From: an uncultured Bacteroides sp.
GTDB lineage: Bacteria > Bacteroidota > Bacteroidia > Bacteroidales > SM23-62
Length of the DNA stretch: 64,000 bases
Direction: 5' to 3'
Assembly (NCBI GenBank): GCA_964431315.1
Contig: CAYSJH010000015.1
Location: forward strand, 8,352 to 72,351
The position numbers were made by a program, and so were the translations under genes. Below the pieces are notes generated by a model. It was given only the letters and a program-made list of their open reading frames with translations, was not told the DNA's origin and did not search any database. Each line of letters begins with the position of its first letter. The stretch's first letter is position 1. Shown piece by piece: positions 9,477 to 18,794 of this stretch.

Positions 9477-11885
9477 TTATTGCAGGTTCAGTATGATTTT
9501 CCCTTTCAGGTAGTCCGTGGGAGTTCTGATCTCAGATCCTTCCTGCTTAAAATCTGCATGCCTGCCGTTGACCCTCACTCCGGTAACCCCGCCAGGAAAT
9601 CCATGCATAACAACGACAAGCATTTTGTAACCGGGTACATATTTGCCCTCAGCTTCTTCAAGTATTACGGACATTTGCGAGGGTGACCAGCGGATCATCC
9701 GCCTGTGGTAATCACCTTCCCGGTATTTGAAGCTCACCCCGTCATCACAATAAAACATAAAACGGGTGTTTTCTTCACCGTAAAACACATGCACGATCAG
9801 GGTATCCGGTTTTTCACCCGTGTGGTTTACAACAGGCTGCATGGGAAGGATTCCGCCTGCCTTGACAAAGACCGGCAGTTTACTGATTTCACTGCGGTTG
9901 GGAGATTCCACAATGGTTGGGCCCCGGTCCACGTAAAATTCACCTGTCACCAGGTCATAGTATCCCTCTGACGGGAGATATACCTCCGCAAATTGCTGAC
10001 TGCTCGCCACGGGGGCGACGAGTATATACGGTCCCAAAAAAAACTGGTTTTCAAACCTTGGATCATAGACCAGTTCATCGTACGGATAATGAACGGCCAT
10101 GGCCCTCATAACAGGCACCCCGTCCTGTGTGCTTTCATAAAACACCGAATAAATATAGGGTAAGAGGCGATACCTCAGCCTGGTATAGTGAAGGGCCGTT
10201 TCCTCTGCCCATTCGCCAAACGCCCAGGGTTCCTGTGCCCTGGTATTCCGGGCTGCATGTATCCTGAAGAACGGGGTAAAAGCCCCGATGGAGCACCACC
10301 TGGCAAACAATTCGCTGGATTGTTCCGGCTCACCCGAAAAGCCCCCGGTATCCATGCCCGTGAAAGATAATCCCGCAAGTCCCATGCTGGCAAGCATCCT
10401 GCATCCGAGCAGCAAATGCTCATCGCTCGAGACATTATCGCCGGTCCACACCGCTGCATACCTCTGAATCCCTGAAAATCCGGCCCTGGTCAGTATAAAA
10501 GGGCGCTCATCCGAAGAATTGTGCAGGGATCCTTCGTAGCTTGCCCTGGCCATCTGCATTCCGTAGACATTGTGGGCACGCAGATGGACCGCTCCGGTGC
10601 CTTCAAATGAATGCTCCGCAAGTCCCAGGAAATTCTTGCTCCAGGTTGCGGGCTCGTTCATATCGTTCCAGAATCCCCGGATGCCCAAACCACAAAGCCC
10701 TTTCATCTGGTCCCCCCACCAAACCCTCGCCCGCGCATCCGTGAAATCAGGGAAATGGCACCATCCGGGCCAAACCTGTGCCGCAAAGAGGGTTTTTCCC
10801 CCGGGATTCTTCACATAAATATCCTGTTCCAGACCGCTTTTCCAGGTAGGATATCCCTTTTCTATTTTAATACCGGGATCGAGGATCACGGTAGTATGGA
10901 AGCCCATCCTGCGGAGCTCATCGATCATGGATCCGGGATCAGGGAACCTTGACGGATGCCAGGTAAAAATCTTATAATCATCCATGTAATGGATGTCGAG
11001 TGTCATCACATCGGCCGGAAAATTCTTTTCCCGAAAAGTCCTCGCAATGTTCAGCACCTCTTTATCCGGATAATAGCTCCAGCGGCTCTGGTGAAGCCCG
11101 AGGCTCCAGATGGGAGGCAGAGGCATCCTGCCGGTCAGCCAGGTATAGTTTTGGATGACTTCTTTGACATCCCCACCACGAATGAAAAAGTAATCCATGT
11201 CCCCCCCGGTTGTATTGAAATAGGTGGGCTTTTCATTTGAACTGCCAAAACTGAAATCGGTTTGCCAGGAATTGTCAATGTAAATCCCGTATGCCAGGGA
11301 ATCGTGTACACCGATATAGAAGGGGATGGTAACATAGAGGGGATCCGAGTAGATCCCGTAGCCTGGTGTATCGCTGTTCCAGTTCGTATAGGATCGTCCT
11401 GCCTTATTTAATGGTCCGGTTTTCTCCCCCAGCCCGATAATCTTCTCTCCCGACGGGACCAGTTTGTGAACATAGGTCTGGTCTCCAAGGAAACGGATAC
11501 CAAGTTCCGGGCTGTCCCCATTGATCAGTTTCCCCTCAGGCGAGTAGAAGGAAATCCTGACCTGGCGTTTCGAAATTACCATAATGAGGGAAGAAGTTCT
11601 CAGGATCATTTCATTGTCGCTCTCGTCAAACGAAAGTTCAACCTTTTTGGGTTCCACGACAAGGGCATAGGAGAAATCATCGAACGTTCCTGTCCGGTTG
11701 GCCCTGAGGCGGATGATCATCGGATCGTAAACCTGTATCTCTACAAAGCCGTTTTCAGCTTCCACCAGTAGGCCTTCGTCGATATGCTCCAGCTTTTTAA
11801 AATTCCCGATATCCAGGCTCTTCTGCCCGTGGGATAATTGCAGCAGGAACAGGCTTATCAGCGTGACGCAAAGGATTTTATTCAT
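9477..11885 (-). CDS. glycoside hydrolase family 31 alpha-glucosidase
   Basis: It has a signal peptide (MNKILCVTLISLFLLQLSHGQ). GH31 blocks are HQSRWSY, FPADVMTLDIHYMD, the canonical nucleophile motif GFWNDMNEPA, WTGDNVSSDEHL and GAFTPFFRIHA. Confidence 0.9.
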   Translation of the reverse strand: MNKILCVTLISLFLLQLSHGQKSLDIGNFKKLEHIDEGLLVEAENGFVEIQVYDPMIIRLRANRTGTFDDFSYALVVEPKKVELSFDESDNEMILRTSSLIMVISKRQVRISFYSPEGKLINGDSPELGIRFLGDQTYVHKLVPSGEKIIGLGEKTGPLNKAGRSYTNWNSDTPGYGIYSDPLYVTIPFYIGVHDSLAYGIYIDNSWQTDFSFGSSNEKPTYFNTTGGDMDYFFIRGGDVKEVIQNYTWLTGRMPLPPIWSLGLHQSRWSYYPDKEVLNIARTFREKNFPADVMTLDIHYMDDYKIFTWHPSRFPDPGSMIDELRRMGFHTTVILDPGIKIEKGYPTWKSGLEQDIYVKNPGGKTLFAAQVWPGWCHFPDFTDARARVWWGDQMKGLCGLGIRGFWNDMNEPATWSKNFLGLAEHSFEGTGAVHLRAHNVYGMQMARASYEGSLHNSSDERPFILTRAGFSGIQRYAAVWTGDNVSSDEHLLLGCRMLASMGLAGLSFTGMDTGGFSGEPEQSSELFARWCSIGAFTPFFRIHAARNTRAQEPWAFGEWAEETALHYTRLRYRLLPYIYSVFYESTQDGVPVMRAMAVHYPYDELVYDPRFENQFFLGPYILVAPVASSQQFAEVYLPSEGYYDLVTGEFYVDRGPTIVESPNRSEISKLPVFVKAGGILPMQPVVNHTGEKPDTLIVHVFYGEENTRFMFYCDDGVSFKYREGDYHRRMIRWSPSQMSVILEEAEGKYVPGYKMLVVVMHGFPGGVTGVRVNGRHADFKQEGSEIRTPTDYLKGKIILNLQ

Positions 11886-11894
11886 AACATAAAA

Positions 11895-14171
11895 TTAATT
11901 TGAAAGGACGTATCGCTTACCTGCCCTGACAGGGAAGGAAACATATTTATCCTCTATCAGGTCCATTCTTTGTGTTTTTCCATCCGATCTGAGCTTGAGT
12001 TCCGCATTCCAGTCCCCCACCCTGTTCCCGATCTCCACGGCGCCGGATCTGTCGGGCATGGTAAACCGCTCGGCGGTACCGGGTGCAGAGACCCGGTAAA
12101 TCCTGGCCAGCAGATTTCCTGATTCCGGATCCTTCCACAGCAGCATGCCGTTTCCACCTACAAACAAAGGCGTTTTGGAAACGGGCAGGGGAAAATCCTT
12201 CAGCATCTGCTGTCCCTCGTAAATCTCCCCTGTCTCAAAATCCACCCATTTCCCGGCTGGAAGATAAACATCCCTCGAATTTGCTGTGGCATAATCGTTC
12301 CCATAAAGGGGACATGCAAGCAGGCTTCTCCCGATCATCCACTGGTATCCCCGTGTGATGCTGTCTTCCCTGTTATATACGTTCGGATCGTCCGGGAATT
12401 TCAGGGGAAGCGGGGTAAGAGTCCAGGGGAATCCGGTTTTCCAGGTTTCGATGGCTGCCGAATAAATGTACGGGTGAAGGCCGTCGTGGATCCTTGCGGC
12501 TTTAAGGGTAATTTCGCTAACCTCCGGATCGCCGGTTTTCCAGGGACCCATACCGAAGGCCATGGATGGATTCATGGCGGCAAACCAGGCAAAGCGCATC
12601 AGGTAATTCCGGAACCGGTCTGTGCTCATCACGCCTTCCCCGTAGTTCGGGTTGCCGCCGACCACATCCGGGTAGACGAAGGGGAATCCCGAATAGGCGA
12701 ACGCCAGGCTGCTTATTGGGCCCCTGTCCTGCTGGTGGTCGAAATTGAAATCCTCGAAGCGGTGAATGTCCGCCACAGATCCCAGGTAAGCATTCCTTCC
12801 CATGATGTAAACGCCCTTTTTCATCAGGGCCTCGTTTACCGGATCGCATTTATCATCCCGGATGACGTTCCAATGGTAACCGAAAATATCCTCCTTGAAC
12901 CCATCGATACCGCAGTCCAGCCATTTCTGGCAGAGTGTGACATACCATTCCACCGCTTCCGGGTTCTGTGCATCGAGCAGGTATACCGGTCCACGCGGAA
13001 ATCCGATCTTAAAGATCTTTTGTAATCCGTTTTCCCTGATGAAATAGCCATGCTCAAGTCCTTCCCCTGTGTAAGGCCCGTCTTTAAGAAAAGCAATACG
13101 GAGTCCAACCAGTACCTTCATTCCATGTTCATGGAAAATCCGAAACAGTCCCGCGGGATCCGGGTAAAGAAGCGTATCCCATAGCCCGAAGCTGGTGGTG
13201 GCCAGGTACTGAGGTTCCATTTTAGGCCAGAAACCGGATCCAACCACCCCCCAGGAAAGCGGATAACCCTTTTCAATGAATTCACTGACTGTTTCGGTCA
13301 CCGAAGCCTGGTTGGTCCTCCAGGCCAGGGCACCCCAGGCTTCCCAACCAACCCCGAACAATTCGTATTTGGGTTTCATAAAAGGATGGCCGCTCCGGTT
13401 CCGAACTTCAAGGAAATTCCTGTAAATGGTGTGCATATCCCCGATGAAATAATACATGGCATCAAGGCTCTCGCGGTGGTTGGAGCCCTGGACATTCTCC
13501 TGCCGGGTGAGCCGGACGATCTTGATCCAGGGTTCGACGTTTGCCTCTGCGAGTCCCGCTCGCGGGAACACCACGAAATTGCTGATCATCCTGCCGACGA
13601 AATGGTCGCCGATGCAGGCGATGATGGTATCGTTGCTGTAACCGGTCAGCTCCGTGCCTGCTGGGGAACAGGGATGTTTGGGATACCCGCCATGTTCCCC
13701 GAGTCCGAATGCGGGGGAGATTCCCCCGGTGCGCAGTATGATCTCCTGTTTTTGCAGATCGGAGGGAAACTTGTCCGGGATCACGGTAAACTTGAAATAT
13801 TCCGGGAAAAGCTGCAAACTGATCCGGGCGGCATCCCCTTCTTCATTCAGTACCCTGAAAAGCACGGTGCTGTCGCCGGATCCTGCAATCGCTGTTTCCA
13901 TGGCCCCGGAACCCCCGAAAACCAATCCAGTTCTTTGATGCGGGGGAGCAATAAGCTCTCCCTGCTGATCAAGAATAGCATACCTGAAGCCCTGCTTTTG
14001 TATCCGGATAACATAATGGTCGGTGCCAACCCGGATGGCATCCTCCGATTCATCAAGCCGGTACCTGGCCGATCCGGTGCATGCGCAGGATGCCAGGAAG
14101 CATGCCAGGATTATAAATGGGGGTACACCGGGATACCGGATCGTTACCAAGTTTTTGAAGTAATTTCTCAT
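11895..14171 (-). CDS. glycoside hydrolase family 31-like enzyme (YicI-type nucleophile block), lipoprotein
   Basis: It has a lipoprotein signal (...IILACFLASCAC). Motifs are GVGWEAWGAL, YPLSWGVVGSGFWP, LYPDPAGLFRIFHEHGMKV and GIDGFKEDIFG (compare the GH31 D-x-FK-x-D block). Confidence 0.7.
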   Translation of the reverse strand: MRNYFKNLVTIRYPGVPPFIILACFLASCACTGSARYRLDESEDAIRVGTDHYVIRIQKQGFRYAILDQQGELIAPPHQRTGLVFGGSGAMETAIAGSGDSTVLFRVLNEEGDAARISLQLFPEYFKFTVIPDKFPSDLQKQEIILRTGGISPAFGLGEHGGYPKHPCSPAGTELTGYSNDTIIACIGDHFVGRMISNFVVFPRAGLAEANVEPWIKIVRLTRQENVQGSNHRESLDAMYYFIGDMHTIYRNFLEVRNRSGHPFMKPKYELFGVGWEAWGALAWRTNQASVTETVSEFIEKGYPLSWGVVGSGFWPKMEPQYLATTSFGLWDTLLYPDPAGLFRIFHEHGMKVLVGLRIAFLKDGPYTGEGLEHGYFIRENGLQKIFKIGFPRGPVYLLDAQNPEAVEWYVTLCQKWLDCGIDGFKEDIFGYHWNVIRDDKCDPVNEALMKKGVYIMGRNAYLGSVADIHRFEDFNFDHQQDRGPISSLAFAYSGFPFVYPDVVGGNPNYGEGVMSTDRFRNYLMRFAWFAAMNPSMAFGMGPWKTGDPEVSEITLKAARIHDGLHPYIYSAAIETWKTGFPWTLTPLPLKFPDDPNVYNREDSITRGYQWMIGRSLLACPLYGNDYATANSRDVYLPAGKWVDFETGEIYEGQQMLKDFPLPVSKTPLFVGGNGMLLWKDPESGNLLARIYRVSAPGTAERFTMPDRSGAVEIGNRVGDWNAELKLRSDGKTQRMDLIEDKYVSFPVRAGKRYVLSN

Positions 14172-14190
14172 TTACAGGAATTGATGACCA

Positions 14191-16476
14191 TTAATCCGGG
14201 AAGCATAGGAGCTCAAATACGGCAGCGGGACAGTTCTTTGACGGATGCTCTATCCGGAAAGCCATCTCATCCAGCCGTTCTACCCGGCTGAACCGGATTT
14301 CATCCCTCCCCTTATGATTCCCCTCGCGATGGTAAAGGATCCGCCCGTTTCCGTCCTCTATCCGGTAGTTCCTGACAACAAACGGTCCCTGTTCCTCCGG
14401 ATGGCCCATAAGAACCGATTCCATGGGATGATCATAGTCCGGATCGAAGAAGATCACGATTCTTTTCACCGTAACCGGTTCCGCCCATCTCAACCTCAGT
14501 GTCGGTTCCGGGTCCCCAGGATCCGCAATCCAGGCGTTGGTTCCCGTGCCGGGCCTTGTAAATCCGTTGCGGATGTTTTCTGCACTTGCGATATCCAGCG
14601 GCGCTGAAAGCGACATGGCCATGTTATGTCCGGCAGGCCTTCTCTCCGGGGTCCAGAATTCAAAGGACTCTATCCCGCTTCCTTCCGGAGCCTCCTGCTT
14701 TCCGAAGTTTGAAACCCGGAAATTCGTTTTGTTGAATACACTCAGGATCCCCGTTATCCGGGTTTTGGAGCATCTCAGGCTTACCTCTTTGTTTTTCCGG
14801 AAGCAGATAAAAGCATAGCGTTGCTCGATGAAGTTTTCACTGAAGGACAGTTGAACCTCCTGTTTGCCTTTTTTCAATTTCCGGTGATGAACTTCCAGGA
14901 TCACGTCCGGAGTATAATTCCACGGCCTGGATGAGATCCTGAGCTCGATTTCCAATTCAGAATTTTTCCTGGCATCAGCGTAGAACCGGAATTCCGGAAG
15001 GGTCCCCGTTATAACCGGTATCATCTGGCAGGCCGGATTCGCAAGTTTTAACCAGGGCCCGTCAGACGGCAGGGCGGACAACTGCAGAGTGGATGAAGCT
15101 TCCACTACGGCTGAAGCCACGAGGTTCGATTCATCGCGTATGGGGATCAAAGGAATGCTCTGTCCGGCGAGGTTCAACTGATCCTGAAGGAATTTCAGGC
15201 CGGGTGGATGGATCAGACCGGCCGGCAACAGACCCCGTTGTTGGCATATCGCAGCGGCCATCCCCACCGCCTGTCCCCCCTGTGCACAGGTTGCCATCAC
15301 CCGGGTGGAGCCAAACGCCACGTGGCTTGCGGATATGATCCTTCCTGCCAGGAAGAGGTTCCGGATGTTCTTGCTGTAATAACATTTCAGGGGGATCTGG
15401 TAGATGCCTTTTGTATGGAACTGGTTACAGGAAGGCTTATCGGAATACACCCCGTCTGCCGGATGCAGGTCCATCGCCCAGCCACCGAAGGCAACGGCAT
15501 CTTCATGCTGTTTCTGTTCCACAAGATCGGACTGTGAAAGCATGTAATCCCCTTCGAACCGGCGGCTTTCTCGTTTGCCAGGTATGGTGCCCACCCATTC
15601 CAGGGCATAGGTTTCTGCCTCAGGGTAATTACCGGAATTCTTGATATAATCCCATATCCCGTAAACGATTTTCCACAGTTCCCATTTGATCTCCTCGGAC
15701 TGGTGAATGGTATCCAGGCGACCTCCGTATTCGACCCACCAGAAATTGCAGCCCTGGTCGCTTGTTTTTACCGACCGGATCTTCGGGATCTTGTCAAAAT
15801 CCCGAAGTGCAAATGAAGGGGGAACATACTTAACGGGTTTCCCGGTATCTTTTGAATAGAAATAAAGCGAGTGGCCCAGCAACTCACCATACTGTGGATC
15901 GGGGGCCAGTCCCTCGCCAAATTCATCCCCTGACTCCGCCCCCATCCGGAAAGCGGCTCCCGCGAGAAATCCAACGATCCCGTCTCCGGATGCATCGCAG
16001 AACAGGGGCGCGCTGATTTCATAAAGGGTGGAATTCTGGGAGCAGAATGCCAGGATTGATTTAATTCTATCCGGTCCCTCCTTGTCAAGATCATATACTG
16101 AAGAATTCAGGAGCAACCGGATATTTGACTCAGAAGTTACTTTCTCAAGAAGTATGGTGTCAAAGATAAGCGGGTTCCCTGCCCTGTTCCGGAACAGGTT
16201 TTCCACCAGGATCTCATCGATCACCCCTCCCTCGCGCGCCCAGCGGTTGTTGTTTCCCATGTGCGAGGTTGCGCCCAGGGTCCAGAGCCTAACTTCGCTT
16301 GAGGCATTGCCGCCCAGGACCGGGCGGTCCTGAACCAGGACGACAGTTATACCCGCCCTGGCAGCCGTAATGGCACAGCATGTACCGGCCAGGCCTCCCC
16401 CGACTATGACCAGTTCGGCACGGACGGATTCAGTTTTGACATCCCTTTTGTTTTTCTGAAAAGGTTCATTTTTCAT
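14191..16476 (-). CDS. FAD-dependent oxidoreductase (FAD_oxidored/PF12831-like) with C-terminal galactose-binding-like domain; cytoplasmic
   Basis: The dinucleotide-binding N-terminus is VIVGGGLAGTCCAITAARAGITVVLVQDRPVLGGNASSE. There is no signal peptide. The C-terminal ~150 aa (NAWIADPGDPEPTLRLRWAEPVTVKRIVIFFD...) look like a discoidin/jelly-roll domain. Confidence 0.8.
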   Translation of the reverse strand: MKNEPFQKNKRDVKTESVRAELVIVGGGLAGTCCAITAARAGITVVLVQDRPVLGGNASSEVRLWTLGATSHMGNNNRWAREGGVIDEILVENLFRNRAGNPLIFDTILLEKVTSESNIRLLLNSSVYDLDKEGPDRIKSILAFCSQNSTLYEISAPLFCDASGDGIVGFLAGAAFRMGAESGDEFGEGLAPDPQYGELLGHSLYFYSKDTGKPVKYVPPSFALRDFDKIPKIRSVKTSDQGCNFWWVEYGGRLDTIHQSEEIKWELWKIVYGIWDYIKNSGNYPEAETYALEWVGTIPGKRESRRFEGDYMLSQSDLVEQKQHEDAVAFGGWAMDLHPADGVYSDKPSCNQFHTKGIYQIPLKCYYSKNIRNLFLAGRIISASHVAFGSTRVMATCAQGGQAVGMAAAICQQRGLLPAGLIHPPGLKFLQDQLNLAGQSIPLIPIRDESNLVASAVVEASSTLQLSALPSDGPWLKLANPACQMIPVITGTLPEFRFYADARKNSELEIELRISSRPWNYTPDVILEVHHRKLKKGKQEVQLSFSENFIEQRYAFICFRKNKEVSLRCSKTRITGILSVFNKTNFRVSNFGKQEAPEGSGIESFEFWTPERRPAGHNMAMSLSAPLDIASAENIRNGFTRPGTGTNAWIADPGDPEPTLRLRWAEPVTVKRIVIFFDPDYDHPMESVLMGHPEEQGPFVVRNYRIEDGNGRILYHREGNHKGRDEIRFSRVERLDEMAFRIEHPSKNCPAAVFELLCFPD

Positions 16477-16526
16477 TTATACCCTAAATTACCATATTTA
16501 ATTTTCCGGATCTATAATATCAAATT

Positions 16527-18194
16527 TCATTTCCATTTGATTTTGAATGAAAATCGAAGTAAGATGCCTCCTCCGGAAAGGATCAACAGGCAGATAATCA
16601 GAACAAGGTTATTACCCTTGTTGGCAATCATTCCCAGTCCCCCTATAAGCACCCCAACCACCAGAAGTGTAATTCCAAGTACCCTGAAGGCGTATGCATT
16701 CTGTGTAGTCTTCCCATTCTCCGGTTTCCCGGTACCGGTAGACAACACAGCCATCCTGTCAACATAGGCCATGTACTGATGACTGATCCTCCCCCTTGAT
16801 GCAGCGACGATTTCCAGTGCGGCCAGCAATCCCAGCGGCACCAGTGCACCTAAGGCCATTTCGGTGGCCCGGTCAAGCTTCAGGTCAAGCAGCCAGGGGG
16901 ATATGAACTTGAAAAACAGGTTAATCAGCAAGGAAATGACCGTCACAGAGATGAGGTCCCTTCCATTAACCCTTTTTGAAAACAAGGCCCATATGGGTGG
17001 TGCCAGGAGAGGTACTCCAGTAATGGCTGCAACGCTCAGAACAGCCTCAACGATCCCGCCCATTGCAGGAACCAGCAAGGCAATGCCCACAGCACCCAGG
17101 CCGAATACTGTCGTGATGAAACGGGCGAACCTCATGGTGGCTTTTTCAGACGCCTCCGGATACCGGTTTCTATACAGATCATTGGTCACAACTGCTGCGG
17201 ACATGTTCAGGGTCGTATTCACGGAACTGGCCGTGGCGAAAACCATGGAAGCAAGCATCAGTCCAAGCATGCCTGCCGGCAGCACCAGTTTGCATACAAG
17301 CAGGTAGGCCCCCTCGGATTCGAGTCCCCCGAGCCCCGGATTGATCACCCGGTAGGCAATGGGGGGCAGCATCCACAGAACGGGACTGACCAGGTACAAC
17401 AGGCCGAACAGCATTCCGCTTTTCCTGGCGGACCTTTCGTCCCTTACGCTGGTGAAGCGTTGGACATAGGCCCAGTTCCCGCCGATGAAAATGGCATTGT
17501 AAATAAAAAATGCAAAGATGAACCAGGGGGTATATTCATTCGAAAAAATGCGGAAAAAATCCTCCGGTGCATTGGCGCTTATGCCTTTCCATCCGCCTGC
17601 AAGGTCCATGGCCAGGGGAATAACCATCAACACGGATGAAAAAAGGACGATGAACTGCAGAACATCCGTGATCAGCACGGCCCAGAATCCCCCGGCAGTG
17701 GTATAAAGGATAATCGAGAAGCCCAGTATAAGTATGATCCACTGAAGGGGGAACCCGGTAGAGACGGATACGATCTTTGCGACGGGATAGAGGAAATTGC
17801 CCGTTGTGAAAAGAGATACCAGCAGGAACACCCACGTATAAAATTTCTGGGTCCGGAGGTTGAACCTGCGGGTTAGAAATTCTGCAGCCGTAAGGATCCT
17901 GGCTCTTTTCCAACGGGGGGCAAGGATCAGTCCCACCAGAATTCCCCCGATGCACATGGTCCACTGTATGGTCACGGCCACCCATCCCAGGTCGTAGGCA
18001 ATGGAGCCCCAGACCACGAAGGTTCCTGCGCTGAAAAAGCTCATGAAAAGGGAGAGCCCGCTGATTCCCCAGGGGACTGCTCCGCCACCGGCAAAAAAAG
18101 AGGAAAGGTTCTTACCCGATCGTACAAATGAGAGACCTGCCAGGACGATGATCAGGGTGAAAAGAAGCAATACTATGTAGTCAAGTGCATGCAA
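16527..18194 (-). CDS. sodium:solute symporter (SSS) family transporter
   Basis: This is a 555-aa polytopic membrane protein with about 13-14 hydrophobic helices. The N-terminal pattern FFAGGGAVPWGISGLSLFMSFFSAGTF is typical of SSS carriers. Its start codon directly abuts the stop of the upstream ORF. Confidence 0.85.
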   Translation of the reverse strand: MHALDYIVLLLFTLIIVLAGLSFVRSGKNLSSFFAGGGAVPWGISGLSLFMSFFSAGTFVVWGSIAYDLGWVAVTIQWTMCIGGILVGLILAPRWKRARILTAAEFLTRRFNLRTQKFYTWVFLLVSLFTTGNFLYPVAKIVSVSTGFPLQWIILILGFSIILYTTAGGFWAVLITDVLQFIVLFSSVLMVIPLAMDLAGGWKGISANAPEDFFRIFSNEYTPWFIFAFFIYNAIFIGGNWAYVQRFTSVRDERSARKSGMLFGLLYLVSPVLWMLPPIAYRVINPGLGGLESEGAYLLVCKLVLPAGMLGLMLASMVFATASSVNTTLNMSAAVVTNDLYRNRYPEASEKATMRFARFITTVFGLGAVGIALLVPAMGGIVEAVLSVAAITGVPLLAPPIWALFSKRVNGRDLISVTVISLLINLFFKFISPWLLDLKLDRATEMALGALVPLGLLAALEIVAASRGRISHQYMAYVDRMAVLSTGTGKPENGKTTQNAYAFRVLGITLLVVGVLIGGLGMIANKGNNLVLIICLLILSGGGILLRFSFKIKWK

Positions 18195-18731
18195 TTATGA
18201 GCAAGCTTTATACACTTCGAACAGGATGTTTAGATGTTTGGCAACAAGAGAGAGGGGCATTGCATTTTTCTTCCCTTTCAGGATTGTATTGACGAAATGT
18301 CTGGACAGGGCATAATGGTCATTCACATGCTTTTCCATGTTCACCTTCAGGGTTTTGCTCTTTGCCTTCCCCCGTCCGTCGCGGGTTGTGTAATAGTATT
18401 CCACCTCGTTTGAATCCCATGTGAGATAGGCGAATTTCAGTCCCCCGCCGGCAATATTTTTACTCAGGAACCATTTGGCAGCCGGATGATATTCGATGCC
18501 GGGCCTGAACTGCCGGGCCACGGAATTATGATGAATGTAGTATATTTCCCCGAGCACACCGGAATCGATAATTCTTTTAACAAACCGGAATTTTGGCTGA
18601 AGCCTTGCATCTCTGCAGGACGCATCCATGCTGATCCTGTCCGGGTGGTTCTGGGCAAGTAGTACCATGCCGCGCGGGACCCTGTATTTCTTCAGGACTG
18701 ATTTCAGCAGGCCGGTTTCCAGTTTGGACAT
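18195..18731 (-). CDS. Gfo/Idh/MocA-family oxidoreductase fragment (Rossmann domain missing; probable gene remnant)
   Basis: It is only 178 aa. The segment KRIIDSGVLGEIYYIHH...AGGG... matches the start of the Gfo/Idh/MocA C-terminal domain, and the tail ...FVNTILKGKKNAMPLSLVAKHLNILFEVYKA matches the family C-terminus. The ~120-aa NAD-binding N-terminus and part of the middle are absent. Confidence 0.5.
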   Translation of the reverse strand: MSKLETGLLKSVLKKYRVPRGMVLLAQNHPDRISMDASCRDARLQPKFRFVKRIIDSGVLGEIYYIHHNSVARQFRPGIEYHPAAKWFLSKNIAGGGLKFAYLTWDSNEVEYYYTTRDGRGKAKSKTLKVNMEKHVNDHYALSRHFVNTILKGKKNAMPLSLVAKHLNILFEVYKACS

Positions 18732-18746
18732 TTTATGGAAATTCAG

Positions 18747-18780
18747 ATAAAAATGAGGGACCCGAAATAAGGTCCCTCAT
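18747..18780 (-). terminator. 10-bp stem-loop followed by TTTTAT (intrinsic terminator or intercistronic hairpin)
   Basis: On the plus strand, ATGAGGGACC (18753-18762), an 8-nt loop, and GGTCCCTCAT (18771-18780) are perfect complements. On the minus strand the hairpin is followed by TTTTAT. It lies 15 nt after the isomerase stop and 21 nt before the next ATG. Confidence 0.45.
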
Positions 18781-18794
18781 CTAACCAAATGGAA

